From NCBI GenBank assembly GCA_902601475.1, contig CACKNK010000006.1:1621-65620 (forward strand): 64,000 nucleotides of DNA, given 5' to 3'. The notes below the pieces were generated by a model. The model ran no database searches. It had not been told where the DNA came from and worked only from the letters and a program-made list of their open reading frames with translations. Positions 48,217 to 57,500 of the stretch are shown piece by piece (positions within the stretch are counted from its first letter, which is position 1; every line of letters begins with the position of its first letter). The position numbers were made by a program, and so were the translations under genes. The stretch comes from an uncultured SAR86 cluster bacterium (GTDB lineage: Bacteria; Pseudomonadota; Gammaproteobacteria; Magnimaribacterales; D2472).

Positions 48217-49456
48217 GTTAAGAGTTGGCATTTGCGGCTGGGGGAATGTTGCGACCGGTTTATTTGAGCAACTCACCAAATCATCTAATGAGCAGGCTTT
48301 CGAGCTTGTTTGTATTGGCGCACGACGGGACAACCCTAACTGCGATTCTGGCGATGTAACAATCCATCGAGATATCTTTGCGGTCATCGATCAAGACATT
48401 GATGTATTAATTGAGTTGATTGGTGGCACCGATACTGCCAGAGATTTAATTTCAAAAGCACTGAATGCAGGCAAGCATGTCGTTACCGCTAACAAAGCAG
48501 TCATGTATGAGCATGGCAATGAACTCATTAACCTTGCAATTAAAAAAAACGTACATTTGATGTTTGAAGCAGCCGTGTGTGCTGGAACGCCAATCATTAA
48601 GATGCTTTCCAATGATTTGGGTGCAAACCAGGTCACTAAAATCTCCGGCATGTTAAACGGAACCACCAATTACATTTTAAGCAACATGGAGCAGGGCATT
48701 GCTTATGAGGTTGCTCTTGAGGAAGCCAAGGAAAAAGGGTACGCCGAACCTGATCCGAGTCTAGATGTAAACGGAACCGATGCTGCTCATAAAATTGGAA
48801 TCTTAGCCTCACTTGCTCTTAACAGCGATCTTCCTGCAGGTAATTTTCATATTGAGGGCATTGAAAATATAACAGCAGAAGATTTTAACTATGCCGATGA
48901 ATTTAATTTAACCATCAAACATCTTGCAGTTACCAAGCAAGCCGGTGATGCAATCGAACTTAGAAGCCATCCAGTTTTAATTGATAAAAACTCCAGCCTT
49001 GGAGGGCTATCTGGTGTCAGAAACGGTATTCAGATCGATACTGATTTGTTGGGTGAGTTTCTAATTGCAGGCTCAGGCGCGGGCAGAGAGTCCACAGCAT
49101 CGGGGTTGATCTCTGATCTGATAGCGCTATCTAAACACGCCTTAAGCACACCAATGCATTATCCCTATTTTAAGGATATGCCTAAGATAAAGTCGTTTGA
49201 AAGCTTAGATTTTTCTTATTATGTTTACCTAGAAGTTCAAGATCAGGCAGGGGTGCTTGCCTTGGTAAGCCAGATTTTTTCAGATAACGAAATCAGTATT
49301 GATAAGATCGTACAAAAAGATCATTTGCCCGATGGCAAAGTTCCAGTTGTTGTCTTTACGGACTTAATTAAAGAGTCACAAATGCAAAAAGCCTTGGAGA
49401 ATTTTTCTGCACAATCAGAAATTCATTCTGCAAAAATTATTAGAATCGAAGCTTAG
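48206..49456 (+). CDS. hom: homoserine dehydrogenase (with C-terminal ACT domain); GTG start overlapping the dsbC end
   Basis: VGICGWGNVATG, VVTANK, GMLNGTTNYIL, GYAEPDPSLDVNG.DAAHK. Confidence 0.93.
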   Translation: MNPKLRVGICGWGNVATGLFEQLTKSSNEQAFELVCIGARRDNPNCDSGDVTIHRDIFAVIDQDIDVLIELIGGTDTARDLISKALNAGKHVVTANKAVMYEHGNELINLAIKKNVHLMFEAAVCAGTPIIKMLSNDLGANQVTKISGMLNGTTNYILSNMEQGIAYEVALEEAKEKGYAEPDPSLDVNGTDAAHKIGILASLALNSDLPAGNFHIEGIENITAEDFNYADEFNLTIKHLAVTKQAGDAIELRSHPVLIDKNSSLGGLSGVRNGIQIDTDLLGEFLIAGSGAGRESTASGLISDLIALSKHALSTPMHYPYFKDMPKIKSFESLDFSYYVYLEVQDQAGVLALVSQIFSDNEISIDKIVQKDHLPDGKVPVVVFTDLIKESQMQKALENFSAQSEIHSAKIIRIEA

Positions 49457-49458
49457 CA

Positions 49459-50835
49459 ATGTTATTTCATTCAACCAGAGGTGGGGATAAGGATAAGGAT
49501 TTTGCTTCCATTCTCATGCAAGGTCTTGCTGATGATGGAGGGCTCTTTATGCCCGACCAATGGCCCCAGGTGGACCTAGAAAAAATTAAAGGACTGCAAT
49601 CTTTTGTTGAGGTAGCAAAAGAGATCGTGCCGCTTTTTACTGCATCTTCGTTCACTCAAGAAGAAACCATCAAGATTGTTGAAAATACTTGGCATGATTT
49701 TGAACATCAAGATTTAGTTGGGATTCAAACCATTGAAAATATATCTGTGTTGGAGTTATTTCATGGACCGACCGCAGCCTTTAAAGATTTTGGTTTACAA
49801 CTTGCTGCAGCGTTTTTTAATGAAGTCCTTGAGAAAGAAGATAAGACCGCCATTGTTTTAGGGGCTACTTCAGGGGATACCGGTTCGGCTGCCATCGATG
49901 CTTGCCGCTCTTATGCACGCATCAAAAGTTTTATCATGCTGCCTAATGGCAACATGTCCGAGGTGCAAAGAAGGCAGATGAGTACCATTGAGGCAGATAA
50001 TGTCTTTGCCTTAAGAATTAACGGTACTTTTGATGATTGTCAGGATCTCGTTAAACAGGCATTCATTCAAAGAGATTTCTTAAAACCTGATCAGTATTTA
50101 CTGGCGGTTAATTCGATCAATTGGACCCGAATTGTAGGCCAAATTTGTTATTACTTTTTTGCCTATAATCGCCTTGCCAACCATGAAAATCTGAACTTCT
50201 CTATTCCTACCGGTAATTTTGGTAACGTCTTTGCCTGTTACTCAGCCTTTAAAATTGGACTACCTATCAAGACCATCTCAGTTGCGGTCAATGATAACGA
50301 TATTTTGCATCGATTTTTTGCCAGCAATGATTATTCAAAAAAGCAGGTGCATGAAACCATTTCACCCAGCATGGACATAAGTGTGGCCAGTAATTTTGAA
50401 CGTTTGGTTTATGATTTTTTCTTAGATCGCAGCACCGCAAAATGTGCTGAGTTGTTTAACAACTTTCCCAATCAAGGCATTGAATTAGATGAGACAACAT
50501 GGAATAAAAAAAATGCATTATTTAGCTCCAGCAGCGTTGATGATGCAGTAACCCAAGCCATCATTCAGTCAATTAATAATGAGCATCATTACTTATTAGA
50601 TCCGCATACTGCCGTAGCGATGCAAGAGGCAATTGAAGTCTCCTCAAGTGCAGACCATTATGTAGTCCTAGCAACGGCACATCCTGCAAAGTTTCCTGAC
50701 ATCTATAAAAAGCTCGCCATCGATTTATCCGAGACACCCAAGGCACTTAAAGGCTTGTACGATAAAACAGAATATTTACATCATTTTGATGCTAATTATG
50801 ATCAAATAACCTCTTTTATTAATTCAAGGAACTAG
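49459..50835 (+). CDS. thrC: threonine synthase
   Basis: STRG N-terminus, PLP lysine motif HGPTAAFKDFG, GATSGDTG. Confidence 0.93.
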   Translation: MLFHSTRGGDKDKDFASILMQGLADDGGLFMPDQWPQVDLEKIKGLQSFVEVAKEIVPLFTASSFTQEETIKIVENTWHDFEHQDLVGIQTIENISVLELFHGPTAAFKDFGLQLAAAFFNEVLEKEDKTAIVLGATSGDTGSAAIDACRSYARIKSFIMLPNGNMSEVQRRQMSTIEADNVFALRINGTFDDCQDLVKQAFIQRDFLKPDQYLLAVNSINWTRIVGQICYYFFAYNRLANHENLNFSIPTGNFGNVFACYSAFKIGLPIKTISVAVNDNDILHRFFASNDYSKKQVHETISPSMDISVASNFERLVYDFFLDRSTAKCAELFNNFPNQGIELDETTWNKKNALFSSSSVDDAVTQAIIQSINNEHHYLLDPHTAVAMQEAIEVSSSADHYVVLATAHPAKFPDIYKKLAIDLSETPKALKGLYDKTEYLHHFDANYDQITSFINSRN

Positions 50836-50837
50836 AT

Positions 50838-51419
50838 ATGGATTCTCCAACTATTATTCGCGCAGCAGAAACTAATAAAGAACAAGTAAAAGGCGTTATT
50901 AAATTAGGGTTTGCTAACGATGCATTACTGCGCTGGGTTTTTCCTGATGCTAAGGCTTATTTGGAAAGTTTTGATCATTGGATGGAAGAGTATTCAAAAA
51001 TTTCATTCAAACATGATATTTGTTTTGCAGAAGCTTCCTTTGCTGGAGCCTCCATTTGGCATCCGCCTGGAGTAGCATTTGATGAATCTCTTTTGGAGCC
51101 TACCTTTGGTAATATTCCAGAAGCAAATTTAGGTGCGGTGGCCCATTTTTTTGAGCAGTTTGAAACCTATCACCCAGAAGATGCATGGTACTTAGCCTTT
51201 ATTGCTGTTGATCCTGCAAAACAAGGCCAAGGAATAGGCTCTTTCTTGCTTAAAGAAGCATTAAAGATGATTGATGAAAAAGGGGATCGGGCTTACTTAG
51301 AAGCCTCAAATGAAAGAAATAAAGCGTTATATGAGCGTTACGGCTTTGAAATGATTGGCAAGGTGCAAACAGAGGACTCGCCTCCAGCTTTTCCAATGAT
51401 TCGTGAGGCTAGAAAATAA
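50838..51419 (+). CDS. GNAT family N-acetyltransferase
   Basis: Acetyl-CoA motif A: AVDPAKQGQGIGSFLLKEAL. C-terminal YERYGFE. Confidence 0.8.
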   Translation: MDSPTIIRAAETNKEQVKGVIKLGFANDALLRWVFPDAKAYLESFDHWMEEYSKISFKHDICFAEASFAGASIWHPPGVAFDESLLEPTFGNIPEANLGAVAHFFEQFETYHPEDAWYLAFIAVDPAKQGQGIGSFLLKEALKMIDEKGDRAYLEASNERNKALYERYGFEMIGKVQTEDSPPAFPMIREARK

Positions 51420-51452
51420 GCCTATTTTGTATAGAATTTATAAATAATTCAT

Positions 51453-51480
51453 AAAAAAGTGACAAAATGTCACTTTTTAT
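51453..51480 (+). terminator. rho-independent terminator after the GNAT gene
   Basis: AAAAAGTGAC-AAAAT-GTCACTTTTT: perfect 10-bp stem including the A/T runs, 34 nt after the stop. Confidence 0.8.
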
Positions 51481-51542
51481 ATAGAATACATTGAATTATT
51501 GATAACTTAACCCTAAATAACTGATTAGGGAGAGAATAAAAA

Positions 51543-54500
51543 TTGCAGAGAATTTATTCAAAACTACTTTTATTAACACTATTTAGCACCTCCATTGTTG
51601 CTCAAGAGCAAATTGGTGTGGCTGCTGCAGTCAACCGTAATACTACTGACCTAACGCTGGAACAAGAAAGAAAACTCGTTGAAGCGGGTTATCAAATCAT
51701 TCAAAACCATACCATTGAAACCGATGAAATCGGTAAAGCTCAGATGCTCTTACTCGATGGAACCGCTTTCTCAGTTGGACCTAATTCAAGCGTGGTGCTT
51801 GATCGTTTTATTTATAATCCGGAAACAGCGGAAGGTTCCTTAGAAGTAACCGCACGAGGTCTTTTAAGAATTGTTGGTGGAAAGGTCACCAAAAAACAAC
51901 CCGCGCTGATAAGAACTAATTCAGCAACTGTGGGGATCAGAGGCGGAATCGGAATTGTCCAAACCGATGGCTCGCAAGTCAATGCGACCTTCTTGTACGG
52001 TGAGGAAATGACAGTGACCCCAAATTGTGTGGATCTTGATACGTTTGGCGATCAATGCGGTAGCGATTTTATTACCACCATCACCGAACCAGGTTTTTCA
52101 GTGACGGTTGAGTCAGCTGACTCTGAACCTTCAGAACCTGAGCCGGTAACTGAAGAAAGCTTAGAAGCCGTTCAAGATGAATTAGAGGCCAGTGAAGATG
52201 AGCCAGCCGAAGAAGAATCTTCAAGTGATGAATCTTCTTCAGAAGAAAGCTCTGATGAATCAAGTTCTGAAGAGTCCTCAAGCGAAGAGAGTTCAGATGA
52301 GTCTAGCTCAGAGGAATCTTCAAGCGAAGAGAGTTCTGATGAATCCTCTAGTGAAGAAAGCTCAGATGATTCAAGTTCTGACGAATCATCTAGTGATGAG
52401 TCCTCCTCAGATGAGTCTTCCAGCGATGAATCTTCTGCTGATGATTCAGTTGCCAGCGATAGCTCATCCGATGATGCATCTTCAGATTCATCAAGTGATG
52501 AACCTACTAATGAAGTTGCTCAAGAAACAGAATCAGATACTGAAGTTACGACTGAAGTTGCTGATGCTGGTGGTGATGGTGGAACAACTGAAGTTGAAGT
52601 TGATGAGGGACTTTTAGATAGCTCTGGAGTCTCTGATGTTTCTTCTGATGTGGCCCCTGATGAACTGGGTACCGCCGATGCGTTTGAAGTTGAAACCGAA
52701 GTTGATTTAGTTGATGTGGATGAGAGTCCAGCCGAAGAAGTCACCGAAGAAGTTGCGCAAACCACCCAAGAAACCACTGCAGAGGTCGCACCCATTTTTG
52801 AAGTGGAAACTACTGAAGTGGTTGAAAGTGTCGATGAAAATACGACTGAGATCAGCTTGGCATCTTTTGCTGTAGTCAATCCAGGCGATCAAAACTTTAC
52901 TGTGTCTGTCGAAGGTGAGGGCAGTGAGGCCTTTACTTATAACGAAGCAACCAACTCCTTAGAAATTACTGAAGCTTTGGATCATGAAAGCCAAGAAGCG
53001 GTTGAACTGACCGTGACCTTTACCAGCGAAAATGGTGATGTTCAAGAAGTTGCCTTAGCTTTAAATGTTGCTGATGTGGATGAAGCCGTTGAACTTGCTG
53101 TTGAACCGGTCAACACCATTAGTGAAGCTGCTATTAGTGCTGAACTCGTTGCCAATCAGGTCAATGTATCTGAAACGGTACCCGCTGGAACTGTGGTGGC
53201 TACTTTTAGTGCCACTGATCCTGAGGGCAATGCCTTAACTTATTCATTAACTGGAGCCGGTAGTGAACTGATGAGCGTTTCTGAAACCGGAGAAGTGACC
53301 CTTACTGGTAATCTAGATTTTGAAACGAATTCAACCCTAGTCATGACATTGGAAGTCTCTGATGGGACTAATACCACCACCGAAGAAATTACTATTAACG
53401 TTATTAACGATGATGAGCCTGCCACCATTGCAGCGACTTTAAGTGCTACCTCATTTGCAGAAAACTCTGCTGTGGGAGCTGCCATTGCATCGGTGAATGC
53501 CACCGATCCTGAAGGCAGTGCGGTGACTTACACATTATCAGGCACAGGCAGCGATAACTTTAGTATTGATACCAGCGGTAACATTACTCTTGCCAGCACC
53601 TTGGATTATGAAACGACAACCTCATATGAACTAACCGTCGTTGTCGATGATGGCACTTATGCTTCTACTGAAGTCATCACCGTGAGTGTTGCCGACGTCA
53701 ATGAAGCCCCAACATTAAGCGCAACGGTAGCCTTCAACGCTTTCCAAGAAAATACTGCTACCGGTACCACGATTGCTACGAGTTCAGTCACCGATCCGGA
53801 GGCAGGAGCCATTACGTACAGTCTTTCTGGCACCGGCAGTGAGAACTTTTCAGTCAGTTCTGATGGTACGGTGAGTTTAGCGAGCACCCTGGATTATGAA
53901 ACTGCCACTGGATATGAAATTACCCTAACAGCCTCCGATGGCGATAATACCGTTTCTGAAATCCTCACTATCAATGTGGGCGATATTAATGAAGCGCCAA
54001 CCGTTACCACAACTCTAGCAACCTCAAGTGTTGCAGAAGATGCAGCCACCGGAACTACCGTTGCGACCAGCACAGCAAGCGATCCAGAGTCCAGCACCAT
54101 CACTTATTCACTCAGCGGAACCGGTAGTGATAACTTTAGCGTTGATGCCAACGGTAATGTCACTGTGGCTAGTAGCTTAGATTATGAAACGACCACCTCT
54201 TATACCATTACTTTAACCGCTAGCGACGGGTCCAATTCAACCCAAGAAACCATCACCATTAATGTCAGTGACGTGGATGAATTTACTCTGGCACTTTCAA
54301 GTACGTCACCTGCTATTAACGAAGGCGTCAGCACTGGAACTCAAGTCGCTACTTCAACCTTAACCCAGCAAGACAGTGCTTCAGTAACTTATTCTTTATC
54401 AGGTACTGGCAGCGATAAGTTTGCCATTTCCAGCAGTGGGGTGATTACCACCGCAGCAGCGATGGATTTTGAAACCACCTCATCCTATTCACTCACTGTA

Positions 54501-57500
54501 ACTGTCACTGATGGGACTAATACTGATACTGAAACCATTAATATTAGTATTAATAATGTTTCTCTTAATACTCTAGCAACCACTTTAGCCAACAGCGGGG
54601 CAGCGCTGGCTGAATCATCCAGCTCAGGCACAGCTGTTGCTAGCTCCAGCATCAACAACCCCGACAGTGAAACGATTACCTATACGCTAAGCGGTACCGG
54701 TAGCAACAAATTCTCTGTTGATTCATCAGGAAATGTGACCACTAACGGAACGCTGGATTTTGAAACGGCTAAAAGCTATGCGCTAACTCTAACCGCCACT
54801 GCAGGCAGCACGTCAGTGACCGACACCTTTACAGTTAATGTCGGTAACGTAGCTGAGCTTAATGCAGCGGTGCTTCGCTATTCAGCAGCTTACAACTCAG
54901 TTTCACGCACTGGCTTTAGTGCCACTGCAACGCGAGGAGCTTCAGGATCGAGCTTACCAGCCTACTACTTAGAGCAAGTTGGTACGACTGCCACAACAAA
55001 TTTCAATGATGTTTTTGATCATGACGGTGATGTTCGAAACAACCATAGCCCTACAGTTAGAGTGGAAATTGGTGGTGGAACCCAACTTAACTTTGAGTAT
55101 ATTTTTCCAATAACCTCTCTTGGGGGCGCTGCAGGGGTTTATGCTCCAAGTATGTACGGCAGTTATGGTGTTGTGAATACAACTGTTCTCGGTAATAATG
55201 CTGCATATAGAGGGATTCTGACCAACCAAATATTAGCGGCTGCTGACGTGGTTGGTACTACCGGAAATTCACCTACCATAACTGATAATGAGATTGTAAG
55301 TGCCGGTGCATTCATGCAATATTCGGGATCAGGAAACGGCGTAAACGCATCAACAGGCGGCGATTTCGCCTTTATGACAACAAATTTAGCTGGTGCGTCT
55401 CTAAGCTACCAATCCTCAAGTGGACAACGCACGTATGGAGTCATTGTTGGTGATACTTCAACAAGTTACGGTAGCGGTTACACTGGAGTGGGCAGCTATT
55501 GGCAAAATGCGATTACCGGAGCTGGCTACACATTTCAAAATTGTGTGGCTGCCAACGTTAAGACTTGTCTTAATAATGCAGGCATTGATCTTGATGATGT
55601 AGGAATTATCGTAAATAACAGCCCTGGTACCGTTACATTTGGTTATAGCTACAGTGAACTTGCCGATTGGATTGATGGTGGAGGAAATTATGCTGCCACC
55701 ATGTGGGAACATTCGGGTTGGAGCACAAGAGGTATGAATGGCGACCAACATGAAGATATTTTTGCAGGCCTTGGGTGGAGTGGTTTTAGTGGTAATACCG
55801 TTGGTGGCCACGTAAGTCCTAGTACTTCAATTTCACAATCAACTGTTGATGCAATCACTAATGGCGGAGGTACTTTAAATTATTCAGCCCTTGTAGGTAG
55901 AACTCACTCCTTCAATGCGGCCGGGATTATGAACATCCCATCAGTTTGTAACTCTTTGGTAAATGGGACAATTAGTGGTGCCAGCGGCGCTTCAACTTTC
56001 ATCTGTGATCCAGGACGAACCGGTTCAAACGGTGCTGTTTTAGGGGTAGCAGATTACAATGCGTATACGTCTTCAGGTAGTGGTAATTCATTCATCATGA
56101 ATTGGTTTGCGGGTTTGAATATTGGCTCTGCAGTCACTTCCACCTACAACCTCTTTGAAGATCAAACAACTTTAGCAGGTCAAATTTATACCGATGCCAT
56201 GTGGGACACATTTGTTGGTTGTACTTCTGGTGATTGCTCTGATAAGTTTTCAGGAAATATACTTTATTTTGCTGTATTGCCTATTGAGTATCTAGGCACC
56301 AGTCTTAACTTAGATTCTGATAACTGGTTTTATCCTAACTTTATGCCCATGACCAATTCAAACATTTGGACCTATGGAGACGTGGGGTTACGTTATTGCT
56401 CTCCAGGAGCCAATGCTGGTTCTGAATGTTCCAGCCATACCTATGATGATGCTTATGCATGGCAATCGCTAGCCTTAAATCCTGTGTCCTCCTCAAGCCT
56501 CCACACAAATTCAAGAGAATATGATGTGGGGGGGAATGATATTCCTGAGGGCTCAAGCTTCTTTAAGCAAATGGTTAAATATGATGGAGTGGGTGTCGGG
56601 ATGTGGGCACAAATTTCCTTCGCTGACTCATATGCCGACGATAGTGATGCCAGTAATACTAGAGATGATCAACAAAGCTTACTCAATGTAGTAATCACAA
56701 ACATGAATCGACGCAGCAACATGACCTCGATGTACTCAGCCGGAGACAGCGGTTTTGGGATGGATGGTTATCATTATTGGTCCTATCAAGGGGCGACCAA
56801 TGCCAATGATAATGGTCTCGGAGTTGTTTACGGTACGTCACCGGTAGAATGCGCTACTTCCAATGAAACTGCTTGTTTCTGGGCACCGGATGCTAAAGAG
56901 TCAGCCGGCGGTACCGGCAATCCTTCAGACACTGCAGCTCCAAGTGCAATGTTCTTAACGTCTTCAGATCCATATGCATCAGGAAATATGGGATTAGGTG
57001 TTTCTTATAACGCTAACACCGATGCTTTTTTAACCGGTTCTTTTAATCAGGCTTTAATCAGACAAAATGTAAAAAATGGCAATGGTAATTGGCGGTCTTA
57101 CACCGATACCAGTACTTATCGAAAAACTAATTTAGGTCAGAACTCTTTCCCATCAAGCGGCTCGAGCACTTCAGGCACTTTAGATTGGAGTGGGTACTTT
57201 AATGGTATTTTGGAGTTTGATGTAAGCGGTGCCAGCAACAATCAATTCGCTTCCATTGGAACAGGCAGTACCCGAGCAAGCTTTACTTTTAATTATGGCA
57301 CTAACTTTGCTGAGGTCGTGGCGCCAATGGATATTACTGCATTTGCTTCAAATAATTACACAGCAAATTGGACCACTGTTGATACTGGCTCGATGACCTT
57401 AAAATTTGGAGACCTTGACAATACCGATGCAAAATCTGCATTTTTAGCCAATAAAGTTTTTGCTGCTGAAATTCAAGATGATGGCACACAGATTGATAGT

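Noticed and set aside
48196-48220. A chimeric assembly join at the apparent GC step between dsbC and hom.
   Set aside because: The dsbC stop and the hom GTG start overlap by 11 nt in a normal coupled arrangement. xerD-dsbC-hom-thrC is the native order in Pseudomonas, and a chimera would not reproduce that.
52192-52879. Alternative-frame ORF (141 aa, 52192-52617) and antisense ORF (119 aa, 52520-52879) inside the giant gene.
   Set aside because: They are by-products of the low-complexity Ser/Asp/Glu and Thr/Glu/Val coding tracts. The long frame with domain structure is clearly the real one.
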